Positions 1 through 11,366 of a stretch of 64,000 nucleotides of DNA are shown one piece after another; position 1 is the first letter of the stretch; every line of letters starts with the position of its first letter. The DNA comes from Eledone cirrhosa (Eukaryota): the NCBI GenBank assembly GCA_964016885.1, contig OZ024740.1, forward strand, positions 270,258,001-270,322,000. The letters are read 5' to 3'. Made by a program: the position numbers and the translations under genes. The notes below the pieces were generated by a model, which saw only the letters and a list, made by a program, of their open reading frames with translations, ran no database searches and was not told the DNA's origin.

Positions 1-1159
1 TGAAGGCGGATCTGATCCGGGATTGTTTTCACACTCTCGGGCCTGATCTGGAGAAGGATCTCCAGGTCAACCCCGGACCAGTCCTCTCTGGCAGTTCTGG
101 TCACCTCTATAGGGACGGTATCCGTCCCCTCCACAATCACACATACCAGAAGCCACCACATGTCAAGTACTGGTGGGATTCTGGGAATGCGGAGACGGGC
201 CGTTCTTTTTCCCATGTGGGAGGGGTACATTATGACCTTGCTGGTTTTGCAGGGAATCTTAGCATTTTCATAGCGAGGGCTTCTGACTTGAACAACACCG
301 AAATGGTGCCGTACTGTCTGCCCCTCGCTATGTATTCGGTGTCTTCTCTAATGCACCTCAGCGCGACTTGTGGGATTAAAGCTGCCCTTTTGGTTTGTGC
401 TGAGATGCATCTATAATTCACCGTTTTGCGCTCCACTGCCTCAATAGCTTCTACCGGGACAGTTAAGTTGGCCCAGGTTTGCTCTTGCTTGATGAGCTTC
501 CATGCCTGGGCCAACTTTTCATCTTTGTTTGAGAGGTCCATGTTGAAGCATGGCCTCTTTTTTGCTGCTGCTGCGGCAGCGAAAGTGTTCTTCTTTTTGT
601 TGTTGGGGGTGTTGTTGTCGTTGTTCTTGTTGGTGTTGTTGTTATCACTGTCGCTGTTATCATTGTTGTCTTTGTTGCCACCGTTGTTCTCGGTGCAGTT
701 GGTATTGTTGCTGTTGGTGTTGTCGCGATTTGTTTTCATGTTGGTGGTGTTGATATTGTTGTTGCATTGTCATTTTTTTTTGTTATCTGTATTTTTGTTG
801 TCGCTGTTACTGTCATTTTTATTAAAATTAGAGTTCTCATTGGTATCATTGGTGTCTTTGTTTACATTGTTTGTGGTGGTGTTTGTGTTATCAATTTGTG
901 TTAATTTCGCTGTAGCGCTCCTCTCAACTTCTACGTCGTTGTCGTACGCTAGCAGACATATCGCTGGGGGCGTGGCTCAGACATGTTTTGTTTTTTTCTC
1001 CGTAAATTTTTTAAAAGGTAAAACAAGTTCAAATATTTGGGCCAAAATGCCCAACTATTAGACTTTCCCCTTCACAACAAGAAATATTTAACAACAAATA
1101 TTTTTAACAGGCAAATAAAGCGACTTACTGGGAGCGAGCAAAATAAGTCCGATTAGACC

Positions 1160-1160
<1 letters not shown>
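1..1160 (-). mobile_element. Tx1-type non-LTR retrotransposon, 5' end and ORF1 part; continues beyond the window start
   Basis: Reverse complement aligns by eye with 30176-31380 (5'UTR, Asn-rich ORF1 start, VPVEAIEAVERK/R, RQYGTISVLF). The 5' end abuts an (AAT)n run. Confidence 0.85.

Positions 1161-1204
<44 letters not shown>
1161..1204. repeat. (AAT)n microsatellite
   Basis: Direct reading; lies between the Tx1 5' end and the R4/Dong fragment. Confidence 0.95.
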
Positions 1205-1207
<3 letters not shown>

Positions 1208-2188
1208 GACTGTGTTCAGATGGAGAAAAACAACCTACACAAATACGTGACTGATAGTAGGGAGCCAATGCTCAGAATTGTACTGAAGGAGAGGACAATA
1301 GACCAGGGGATGTCCAAGGAGGAAATAACAACACGGAGAAAGAGCAACCTACATGAAAAAATCCCTTCAAAGTACCTTCTTTGAGAAAACTGAATTCAGA
1401 GATCCATAGTCATGGAACTGGTTAAAAAGAGGAGACCTTAAAAAGGCTACAGAAGGAATGCTAATGGCTGCGCAAGAGCAGGCCCTCAAAACGAAGTGGC
1501 TGAAACACCATATTTACAAGGAGGAGGCTAGCCCACTGTGTAGGATCTGTGGAGAGAGAGAGGAGACTGTGGCTCACATTGTATCCGAGTGTAAACACCT
1601 AGCTCAGACTCACTATAAAGGCTGGAGACATGATGTGATTGGCAGGGTGATCCACTGGCACCTATGCAAAGTAAATAATTTACCACATTCTGAGAAGTGG
1701 TATGAGCATAAGCCAGAGTCGGTGATAGAAAACAATCAGGTGAAGGTGCTGTGGGATTTTAGAATACAGACGGACAAGAAACAGGAACACAATAGACCTG
1801 ACCTGGTGGTTTTGGACAAGGAAACAAGATCGTGCCTGATTGTGGATGTGGCCTGCCCATTCGACACGAGAGTGCAAGAGAAGGAGAGGGAGAAAATTAA
1901 CCGATACCAGGACTTAAAGTGGGACGTAAAAAGGATTTGGAACTGCCATGAAGTCAAAGTGGTCCCGATTGTCATAGGCGCACTAGTGACTATCTCAAAG
2001 AGTTTCCAAGGATGGTTAAAGAAAATTGGTCCCGCTCCGCTTTTTGGAATACTTCAAAAGGCATGCTTGCTGGGAACAGCAAGAATCCTGCGATACGTCC
2101 TGAATATATGAGGCTGCAAGTAGTGGCTTGATATTCATTTCAACAAACTTTCCATTTAAATAACATAAATGACTGAGACTCAAAGAAC
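1205..2188 (+). mobile_element. 5'-truncated R4/Dong-type non-LTR retrotransposon (RLE class) inserted in (TAA)n
   Basis: Encodes a CCHC finger followed by a restriction-like endonuclease; flanked by (AAT)n on both sides (1161-1204 and 2189-2215). Confidence 0.85.
1458..2111 (+). CDS. C-terminal zinc finger + restriction-like endonuclease of the R4/Dong-type element (fragment)
   Basis: CRICGEREETVAHIVSEC, RHD, RPDLVVLD, IVDVACPFD and KINRYQDL motifs in the ORF track. Confidence 0.85.
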   Translation: MLMAAQEQALKTKWLKHHIYKEEASPLCRICGEREETVAHIVSECKHLAQTHYKGWRHDVIGRVIHWHLCKVNNLPHSEKWYEHKPESVIENNQVKVLWDFRIQTDKKQEHNRPDLVVLDKETRSCLIVDVACPFDTRVQEKEREKINRYQDLKWDVKRIWNCHEVKVVPIVIGALVTISKSFQGWLKKIGPAPLFGILQKACLLGTARILRYVLNI

Positions 2189-2436
2189 AATAATAATAAT
2201 AATAATAATAATAATATCTCTTGTGCTACTACTGCTACTTCCTCTACTACTACTTCTTCCTTTTCTTCATCCTATTCTTCTTAATCACCAATTTTTCTTC
2301 TTCATTAATCCACTCACTTAAAATTGCAATTAAAATTAATTCCTAAATCTTCATTTTTTTTTACAGCTGCTCAAATATTTTAGTTTCATACTTCTCAATT
2401 GATTTTTCGTTACTTAAATTTCTTCTATTTCATATA

Positions 2437-2548
2437 ATATGCGCTTATAGCACTCCATCCTATATAACATGCGCATATAACATGCGCTTATAGCACTCCA
2501 TCCACTATAACATGCGCATATAACATGCGCTTATAGCACTCCATCCTC
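2437..2548. repeat. About 43-bp tandem repeat, about 2.5 copies
   Basis: ATGCGCTTATAGCACTCCATCC occurs three times. Confidence 0.85.
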
Positions 2549-2595
2549 TAGATGTACTCGTGTATATAACCAGTCTCTCTGACTACAGAACACAC

Positions 2596-2642
2596 TGACT
2601 GATGATGTTAATCATCAATGAAACTTGAAACGCCCTGTCTTA
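2596..2642 (+). ncRNA. Candidate type I hammerhead ribozyme (weak stems)
   Basis: tga-CTGATGA-(gtt..tcat/atga..aac)-GAAA-c gccct g-TC-tta; stem I is only about 3 bp. Confidence 0.4.
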
Positions 2643-2679
2643 TCATATAAGGCAGGCGAGTGAAAATCAATGCAGATAA

Positions 2680-2917
2680 CAGAGAGAGAGAGGGGGGGGT
2701 CAGAGAAGGAGAGAGAGACAGAGAGTGAGAGAGAGAGAGAAAAAGAGAGAGCTAGAGAGAGACAGAGAGACAGAGACAGAGAGAGTGAGTGAGAGAGAGG
2801 GGGAGAGAAAGAGAGAGAGACAGAGAGAGAGTGAGAGAGAGAGAAGGGGAGAGTGAGAGAGAGAGAGAGAGACAGAGAGAGAGAGAGAATGAAAGAGAGA
2901 AAGAGAGAGAGAGAGAA

Positions 2918-3000
<83 letters not shown>
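2680..3000. repeat. Compound (GA)n/(GT)n microsatellite
   Basis: Direct reading. Confidence 0.95.
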
Positions 3001-3002
<2 letters not shown>

Positions 3003-3183
3003 TGACCAACAGCAGAGACAGAAGCAGCAACAACAGTGTGATTTAGAAACTGTAGCTTATACAAAAACAGTACCTCAGACTGACGATCTGGATGTCGTGG
3101 TCTCCCTCCTCCGGTCACAACAATAACAAGCCTGGTTACCTCTTTACAGAAAAAATAAATGATTATTATGTTATATTATATTA

Positions 3184-3376
3184 AGGGCAGTGGATTGGCA
3201 GTATCGGTAGTGGGTTGGACACCATTCTTTGCAGCCTAGAGTTACGGCCTTTTATGGGCTGAGTTCAAATCCCGACGAGGTTAACTATGCTTTATATCCT
3301 TACGGGGTCGATAAAATAAAGTACCAGTAATAAACTGTGTTAACTGCTGGCCTTGTACCAAAAATAGAAACAATTA
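3184..3376 (+). mobile_element. tRNA-derived SINE, family S1
   Basis: A-box-like TGGCAGTATCGG, B-box GAGTTCAAATCCC, core TCCTTACGGGGTCGATAAAATAAAGTACCAG, tail GGCCTTGT..CAAAAATAGAAACAATTA; many copies in the window. Confidence 0.9.
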
Positions 3377-3549
3377 CATTATATTATATTACATTATGTT
3401 ATACTATATTATATTATACTAGGAGAAAAACCGCCCCCCCCCCTCCCCGGGCGGTTTTCTGCTAGCATATGTAGTGTGCATATTGGTATTATACGCAAAT
3501 ATATATATGCATATAGATATATGTAAATTAAAAAGTAAATTGACATAAT

Positions 3550-4185
3550 CTTCTTCTTCGCCCACTTATTTCTGAGAGGGTCGTGGGGACAGAGTCCTTC
3601 TCAAACACTCCTTCCAGCCAGTCTGTCAGTAGCAAACATCTTTAACTGATACAGCTGGATCCCAAAGCCTGACCAGCCAAGCTCATAGATGTTATCCAAC
3701 TATCTTGCTCAGTGTCTACTTCTGAGTCTCTTGCCGGCTGGTTTTGTCAGCGATTCTTTACTGAGACATTCTAACCACATGCTCATAGTATCGGAGTTGT
3801 GATCTCTCAATTCGGAGAAGTAGCGGGTCTACCAGGAGTGACTCTCTGGTCTCTGAGTTATGCACTTTATCGAGTAACGTTACTCCAAAGACCCTTCGGA
3901 GGAATCCCATTTCTGCCACTTTTATTTGCAATTGTATTCTTTTGGTCATTACTCAAGATTCATGATCCTCGGTAAGAGTTGGCAGGAATACCAGGAAGAC
4001 AGCGGGTTTGGCTTTTACACCTACCCCCTTCTTCTGGTTGCTGAACGCTGAGGCTGGCGCATTACTGCATCAGCTTTTGCAATTCTTGCACTTAATCCAG
4101 CCTCCTGCATTCCATCACTCATGAACATGGCTCCAAGATACTTGAATTTCACTAACTCCTTCAGTAGAACTCCATTCACATGTAT
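3550..4185 (-). pseudogene. RTE-clade LINE 3' fragment
   Basis: VKFKYLG and AEMGFLRRVFGVTLLDKV...IERSQLRY; (GAA)n tail at 3550-3559. Confidence 0.8.
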
Positions 4186-4499
4186 ATAAATTTGAGGGAC
4201 TTCTGTCCACGCGTCCATCACGCAATGTGTATGTGTGTTTGTGTGAATGTATGTGTTTGTTAAAGGAAGGAAATGGATACACACATATATATGTCTAACT
4301 TAAAAACAGTGACACACACATGTCTCTAATTTAAGAACGCCGACAAACTCACGCGCGCGCACATACACACACTGTCCTATTACCACTTAAGAGTTTTGGA
4401 CCGGGCAAACTTCCCCTCAATTTTGGAACCATCTGGGTTGTCTTGAATTGATGGGAAAAGTCTTGACGGTCTTACTCTGTGCTCCTGGTCAAGAGGCAG

Positions 4500-4790
4500 G
4501 TGCTTTACCGCCGGGGACGTCACAGTTAGTGACTCTTTTGCTTCTGGATGCAGCTGAACGGAACAAAGTCCTAAAATATCGTGTTCTGTCAGCTAACTAC
4601 ATTATCCAGTCTGTGGCGTTCGAAACGTTTAGGGGAGTCGGGCTACTGACAGCGAGATTCTTATCTTCACTAGCGGCTCGCTAAACTGAGGTAACTGGTG
4701 ATGCTCGTGAGGGCACTTGGTTGTTCCAACACCTCAGCGTCACCCTCACTCCAGGTAACACTGTGAGCGTGCTGGCCTGCCTCAAAAATT
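4500..4790 (+). pseudogene. CRE-like RLE endonuclease C-terminal fragment
   Basis: AAERNKVLKY..L..NY....VAFETF.G.G....RFL..LA.R followed by TGDARE..WLFQHLSV.L..GN. Confidence 0.7.
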
Positions 4791-5367
4791 ATTAGAGAGG
4801 TTTCCCAGTGCTATATTGCTATCTTTTGCTCTGGAAGCGGCTTGTTTTCCCACTCTTTCGTCATTTTGTTCTATGTGGTCTATGTGGTCTATGTCGCCGT
4901 TTTGGCTGTATTACAATACAGACAAGCAAGCAAGCAATCGCAGACTTTTAGTATTATATAGATGTATGGTACATATCATATTTTATACTTTTCTGCTCCT
5001 GTATTTACTCGTGTACTATGGAGGCTTTCTTTTCTGGGATAGTGCTGATTATATTATTAATCACAAATGTAGAATCAGTATTTACGCTCACATGAAAACA
5101 AAACTAAAATCATAATATTAAAGAACTAAAAAAATTAAGAACTAAAATAATTAAGAATATCTAATAATATGACTCAAGAGATTTTCATATTGTGACACGA
5201 GGGGTAATTAACGTATTTGTTAACGAAATTCATTGCAATTGTAGCAGTTTCCTTTTTTTTTCTTTTTCTTTTTTCTAGTGCAGTTCAGTGAACAACAAAA
5301 CAAAAGCTTCTAATGCTCTTGAAGGCAGAATCAAGAATGTACTTCGAAAATGGTGACAATGACATTT

Positions 5368-6226
5368 GGCGACCATAAACGAAGGAACGAAGGATTTTTC
5401 TAGAATACTTAAAACGAAACCTTATGAATGATGAAATTTTAAAATATCACCGTTGTTGACTTTTTCTGTGTTATCTTATAATGCCATTTCACTTCTCTGA
5501 GAAAATCGATGAAAAAAAAATGCCCTATCATTTCGTTTTGTTTTCAAATTCTAATCAAATCAATTTGCAGATTTTAATCGTTAACAACTCTAGGAGATTT
5601 TGTTGCTTGATGAAATCTGATAGTCTTTAAATATTTCAGCCACCATATTCAAAATGTACTCAAGTTGTTTTGGATGGGATCTTCGTGGGTCACTGAAAAA
5701 GTTAATTTTCTAATTGCTATAACACTGTTAATAAAGGTGTGTTGTTTTTATTTACGAAAATGCCACATTATTTTGATGCAGCACACTCTATTAACCGTGA
5801 TAAATTTCACAACTGATATTTCAATGCTGAAACTTAAGGTAATATTTGTAGTTTTAATGAATCAAGAAGTTTGTGGGTTTTTTTCTTTTGTCGTTATACA
5901 GCATGCAAATATAGACGTTAATAGCCGAATCGGCACAATAGTTTGGCAAATCCTCAAAGATCAAACCAAGATATATCTGAGAAAAATGTACATTATTTCC
6001 ATTACACATAAAGAGTATATTGATTAGAATAAAGAAAGAAATAGGTGTGTACATTGATATGTATATATAAAGGATGATAGCTATTTATGTCTGTAGCTAT
6101 TCATTTTCGTCGTATTTTATATACCTGTGTATCTATCTATATATGCAATTCGCGACCATAAACGAAGGAACGAAGGATTTTTCTAGAATACTTAAAACGA
6201 AACCTTATGAATGATGAAATTTTAAA
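5368..6226 (+). repeat. Dispersed direct repeat of about 75 bp (5368-5443 and 6152-6226)
   Basis: GCGACCATAAACGAAGGAACGAAGGATTTTTCTAGAATACTTAAAACGAAACCTTATGAATGATGAAATTTTAAA occurs twice. Confidence 0.85.
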
Positions 6227-6383
6227 GAAAAATATCTCAAATGTTCTGTATCTCTTTCTTTGCGCTATTCCATCCCCCTCTCTCTCTCTCTCTCTCTCTC
6301 TCTTATTATTATATATATATATATATACATATATACATGGTGGTGGTGGGGGGTGTCTTTCTGTCTGTGTATGAGTATACACG

Positions 6384-6422
<39 letters not shown>

Positions 6423-6463
6423 CGAGGGGGGGGGGTGCCTTTCTGTCTGTCTGCATATGAGTT

Positions 6464-6498
<35 letters not shown>

Positions 6499-6862
6499 GA
6501 TATACACATATCATTACCCACACGTAACCGCTTATTTACTAATAACGAATGTGTGCATTCTGTGATATAAGTTTGTATTTCTAACGTACAATTCTTATAA
6601 TATCATTGAGTAAGTGACAACCTGAGCTGAAAGTATTCTCTTCGACTTGCTAGATTACAAGACATTAACTAAATATATGTAACTATTAACACAGGCACAG
6701 AGATACAAAGTTGTTCTACACACTTTCATTCAAAATGCTTTGATCAATTCCAGATTAGAATAGAAGATATTTTACTTAGGTGCCTCTGAAAAAGACTGAA
6801 TCCTAAACCATGATGTAGCTGCAAAGCGAACTTCTTAACGTTTTTCTCTATATATATATATA

Positions 6863-6920
6863 TCCAGAATTAGCCGTCGAAACGGCTTGAGCTCAGCCGT
6901 CGGGGTCCTACTCGTTCCTA
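6863..6920 (+). mobile_element. Family A fold-back element, solo arm in (TA)n
   Basis: Matches 11198-11255. Confidence 0.8.
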
Positions 6921-7196
6921 TATATATATATATAACTGCGTAGTCGGGGACTATAGAAGCAGTTTAGGTATGGTATATCTTATTACTAATTATATCTAAT
7001 GTTTCTTCTCTCTTCATAATGTACATTATAGCTCTGATACTGAATCAGTCTAATCCATTCGGATTGGTTTGTCCCAGTTATTCATAGAGCAACATCGGTT
7101 GAGGTTGGTACCACTAACTCAGGGATATATTTGGATATATTCATGTGTATGTATGTGTCCGCTTGTATCTGTGTGTTTCTCTATATATTATATATA

Positions 7197-7232
<36 letters not shown>

Positions 7233-7278
7233 TGTATGTATATATATAATTATTGATAGAAGATCGGAAGCCATATTC

Positions 7279-7871
7279 AGTTGATTCAGATTTATTTAAA
7301 ACTCCGTTATACATATTTTCACTGAGAACTATCAGTTAAGATAGCCTGAGCTCTTCAGACGACAAAAATTAACCTTTCCTTTTGTTCTTGATTAATCAAT
7401 TAATTAGTCTATTCATTTTATTTTAATCTATTTATTATATAGTTAATTTTGATATTGCTTATAATATTCACAGGTGTTTTGGGAAAATAGGGTGCTGGGA
7501 GGTGTTGGTTGTCACAACTATTATAGCAGCCGCTGTCACTACTACTACAGCAGCTACTGATAGGGAGGGGAGGGAGAAGGGCTACCAACCATTTTCGTTA
7601 CTTCCTATATTGACCAACACTTCCACCAAAATTCTTGGGGTCATACTGATGCCGGCCGTCGAAGAAACAGCACCACGCGTTCGGCTGGCCCTATATGCCA
7701 TGAAAATAAAATATTTTTCGGAGAAATTATTGCATTTTTCCAAATTTAAAGGTTTCTTAGAAACTGTCAATGTTTATTTTAGGCTTTGCCGTCTGAAGAG
7801 CTCAGGCTATCTTAATTTATAGTCCTCAGTGAAATATGCATAACGGAGTTATAAATAAACCTGAATCAACA
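7279..7871 (+). mobile_element. PLE-type 3' fragment with inverted pseudo-LTR arms
   Basis: 7279-7368 is the reverse complement of 7785-7871; both arms contain an HHR fold; TA-rich flanks. Confidence 0.7.
7789..7846 (+). ncRNA. Minimal type I hammerhead ribozyme (mirror copy at 7304-7362, minus strand)
   Basis: ccgt-CTGAAGA-gctcaggctat..atagtcctcagt-GAAA-t atgc a-TA-acgg. Confidence 0.7.
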
Positions 7872-8007
7872 TGACGCTCCGTCTTGTACCATTTATACAG
7901 GTCGTTGAGCGCTTTTTTTTTATCTGCTTCACAACCGACAGACCATGGTGTGATCAGCACATCCCACTTCTGTTAATCCCATACTGTAATATATATATAT
8001 ATATATA

Positions 8008-8203
8008 TAGAAAAATGTTAAAGACCCCGACGGCAGAGCTCAAGCCGTTTCGACGGCTATTTCTGAGAAATAGCCGTCGAAATGGCTTGAGGTCTGCTGT
8101 CGGGGTCTTTAACATTTTCCTATTACCCACTCTACTATCCTAAGTATTGAGTACTCTGGGGCGTTATGGTCCATCTGGTTCCTTACCACACTCCCTTCGT
8201 TTT
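8008..8203 (+). mobile_element. Family A fold-back element in (TA)n
   Basis: About 55-bp inverted arms plus an about 80-bp tail shared with the 11130, 14984, 51292 and 55878 copies. Confidence 0.85.
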
Positions 8204-8274
8204 AGACATATATATACATATATATGTGTGTGTGTATGTGTGTGTTTATATACATATATATATATTTATATATT

Positions 8275-8395
8275 CTAGCAGAAAAACTACCTAGGGTGGT
8301 TTTCTGCTAGCATGTGTAGTGTGTATATTGATATTATACGCAAGTATATATACATGTAGATATAATAAGTCAAATAAAATAGTAATTGACAATAT
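8275..8395 (-). mobile_element. Helitron-like 3' end, same family as 3419-3545
   Basis: CTAGCAGAAAAACTACC..GGTGGTTTTCTGCTAG hairpin; downstream sequence matches 3465-3545. Confidence 0.55.
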
Positions 8396-8779
8396 AAACA
8401 GAAATTGAAGAGAGTCTGTGTTACACTGTCTTATGCAATCAGTAACGTAAAAAAAGACGATATTATATATAAACTGCATTAGGAAAAAATTAGTGACAGA
8501 AAATGAATATGTTTATTTAAGCGATCGCCACCGGAAGTGTTGACATTTGAAAATTTTAAAGAAGTGAATCTTTAAATAAATAATATAATATATTTAATGA
8601 ACAGCCACGAAATTTAGTAGATAAATTATGTAATATTCACTCATTATTTATTCAAAGTAATCTAACTTATTTTACTAAGTGGATAAACAATTATAAACCG
8701 TACGCTGTCCCGCGCTTCTTACTTTATTATAGTTCAGATATATAGAGAGAGAGGGTGGAGGTGTATTCAATGAAGATTG

Positions 8780-9287
8780 GTGGTTCACCACTGGATAGAA
8801 TTGGTCATTCCGTATAGTTAATCATGATGTAGTAGTAGTAAAAGCACTCGACGATAGGCAAGTGTTGGATCCTATTGGTGGTGCGGGAACGGAGTTAATT
8901 ATTATTGAATAAAATGACATCAAGCCGGACTGATGAATTTCCTTCAAAGCTTTATTGTTGGAAACATTATATATATTTCAGTGGTCAGTTTACGTAGAAT
9001 GCTGGTGACATCATCTGGTGTATCTTGCATAATAGTTACACAATAAAGGTGTAAAGGTAAACACAATCCGAGAGGGTACGAGGAGAGAAAATAGGGGAAA
9101 ATATATAAAATATTTTATTCGAAGTCGGCCTATGGGCTCGGCTTTTATAGTGCGACTGAGCACCTCCCAATAAATATTCTTGTCAATGTATAACAATGTA
9201 TATATATATATATAATGTTTGCAACAATAAAACTTTGAAGGAAATTCACCAGTCCAGTCCGGCTTCCTGTCATTTTATTCAATAATA
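8780..9287 (-). mobile_element. Family B PLE pseudo-LTR element with inverted segment and decayed HHR (CAGATGA core at about 9011-9017)
   Basis: Homologous to 43020-43225 and 44136-44420; 8901-8970 is inverted at 9212-9287. Confidence 0.7.
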
Positions 9288-9454
9288 TATAACTATATTA
9301 TTGAATAGAATGAAGAATATTGTATATTATTCAGATGATCCCGTAAAGGGGTGAAAGCAGCGATTCTTTGCTTAAACTTTAATCTGTACAAATAATAACT
9401 ATTTGTTCTACGGGTTATATATATATATCGGTTTATTGGATTGCAGTTAATACG

Positions 9455-9550
<96 letters not shown>

Positions 9551-9706
9551 AACCAATCTTAAATAGAGAGATAGAAGTAGGATAGGAGAGATTGGTCACG
9601 GTGTTAGAAGCCAAAGCTTAAAAGTGGGTGCTCGATGTGCAATATGCAGTGGAAAGCAGTTGGAAAACTGGATTCATGCTGAGGTTAGGTGTACAGAGCT
9701 AATGTA

Positions 9707-10375
9707 GCTACCAACATCCCTAAACGCTTCTTCTCCATCCTATCTAAACATCCCCCCCCCCCCCCAACCATAGATATTACAAGCTCTTTAATAAAAACAA
9801 TATTAAAATCTCCTTCTCCACTACACAGAACCTAGCTAGCTACATCGCATTTAGCAACTATGATAAACTAAAAAAATATAACTCCTCCCCTGCGGCACCC
9901 CCCCCCCCCCCATAAGTACTCCACGTAGCCGTACCAATACTCATCGTAATAACAGAATACCCCCCTCCAATCCCACTAGTACACACCAGCCCCATAGTTT
10001 AAACAACCCTACTCCTACTAATCGCAACCGTAATTGCAACTGTCGTAACCCCACTGCGTGCCTGCTTAACGGCCAGTGCCTTACGCCCAATATCGTATAT
10101 AGGTGCAGGGTTAGAACGGCCTCATCCACTAGCTCTTATATTGGCTCTACATCAAACCCTTTTAAGGTTCGCTATAATGCGCACTCATTTTCCTTCTGCG
10201 ACCCTAGCAATAGATGCTCAACTTCTCTGCGTTTAATGGGAGTAAAAACTCTTGCGATATCTGTCTTACCAAGGCCTATCACATAACTTTGTCAAGGCCA
10301 CCCTCCATCAATGACAGGAACAAATTGATCATAAAGCTGCCACCACCGCAGAGCAAGTTCCTTCGCCAACAGAAT
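9707..10375 (+). pseudogene. Penelope-like element fragment (RT thumb + GIY-YIG endonuclease)
   Basis: Manual translation gives TNIPKRFFSILSKH..HRYYKLFNKNNIKISFS, CNCRNPTACLLNGQCLTPNIVYRCRV..SYIGSTSNPFKVRYNAHSFSF and CDICLTKAYHI. Confidence 0.8.
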
Positions 10376-11086
10376 ATTCGACTCAGCTTAGCCTATCCTT
10401 TAGTCATGCCCCTCCCTAAAACTAACAAATTAATGACATCATTAGTCCACCACATAAGCACATATAAGTTACAACCCTTGCATTATCTTAGCTACAAATC
10501 CCACTGCAACTATACCTATAAGCTACCTCCCTACCCTACCTTGGTTACAGCTCCTAGTGGGATTCTTGGCTCTCCAAGGAGTTACCACCTTGAAACCCAT
10601 CTCTATACAATAAGATAGTTTTCCTACAAGAAGCCATTTTGGTGTGTGATAGGCAGCAGTGTTTACCTTCAGCCTCGACAGACATCTAATGTTTATTTAT
10701 ACCATACACATAAAATTCTCCAGTGCCAAGGTGCCCCATCTAGGGAGTTGCTAATCTAAGAATTCTTTGCAGACACGTAACCCTCCCATTTTATTTTTAT
10801 TTTTATTTTTATTTGATCTTTATTTTGATTTCTGCTTTATATATAGTAATAATCTCATTATCTTTCCCCAAGTTTCGAAGATCTGCTCCATAATATTATT
10901 CTATGTTACTTATATTTCTCTGCACCAAATTAATAACTTTCTTACCAGCGATTGATCCAGAAACATTATATGGAGTAGTGAAACGACATTACTATCCCCT
11001 TTCTATATTAAACTGCACTTAATGTTGATACTCTGTGACTAATGCATTCTATGTGAATTTGTGGTTTGATTTGATTAACTACTGAA

Positions 11087-11129
<43 letters not shown>

Positions 11130-11132
<3 letters not shown>

Positions 11133-11334
11133 AACGAGTAGGACAGCGAGGGCTGACCTCAAGCTGTTGCGGCGGCTAATTCTGGACTGAATTAGCGTCC
11201 AGAATTAGCCGTCAAAACGGCTTGAGCTCAGCCGTCGGGGTCCTACTCGTTCCTATTACCCACTCTACTACCCTAAGTATTGAGTACTTTGGTGCGTTAT
11301 GGGCCATCTGGTTCCTTACCACATTTCCTTCGTT
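11130..11334 (+). mobile_element. Family A fold-back element in (TA)n
   Basis: Inverted arms plus shared tail; (TA)n on both sides. Confidence 0.85.
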
Positions 11335-11366
11335 ATATATATTTATATATATATATATATATATAT

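Larger units (their letters stand above)
3419..4962 (-). mobile_element. Non-autonomous Helitron-like element carrying RTE and CRE LINE fragments
   Basis: Minus strand starts A|TCTATATAATACTAAAAG (4962) and ends with a GC-rich hairpin plus CTAG|T (3419-3465). The same 3' end recurs at 8275-8390. Confidence 0.65.

Noticed and set aside
426-1061. 211-aa Leu-rich, membrane-like ORF (also 30362-30754)
   Set aside because: Antisense reading of the Asn-rich Tx1 ORF1.
1-4540. One large inverted segmental duplication pairing 1-4540 with 30176-38897
   Set aside because: The order of the Tx1 and RTE-cassette matches is not reversed and the intervening sequences differ, so they are separate mobile copies.
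5279-5356. Possible host exon after a pyrimidine tract and AG (also 2366 and 5640)
   Set aside because: Short, with no recognisable product or consistent exon chain; RNA-seq would be needed.
8929-8970. CTGATGA..GGAAAC on the plus strand
   Set aside because: No stem I or cleavage triplet, and the box is not conserved in the homologous copy near 44297.
9325-9370. CAGATGA-tccc..gggg-t-GAAA; similar weak motifs near 10945, 26362, 26647 and 53631
   Set aside because: Core or stems too degenerate to call a ribozyme.
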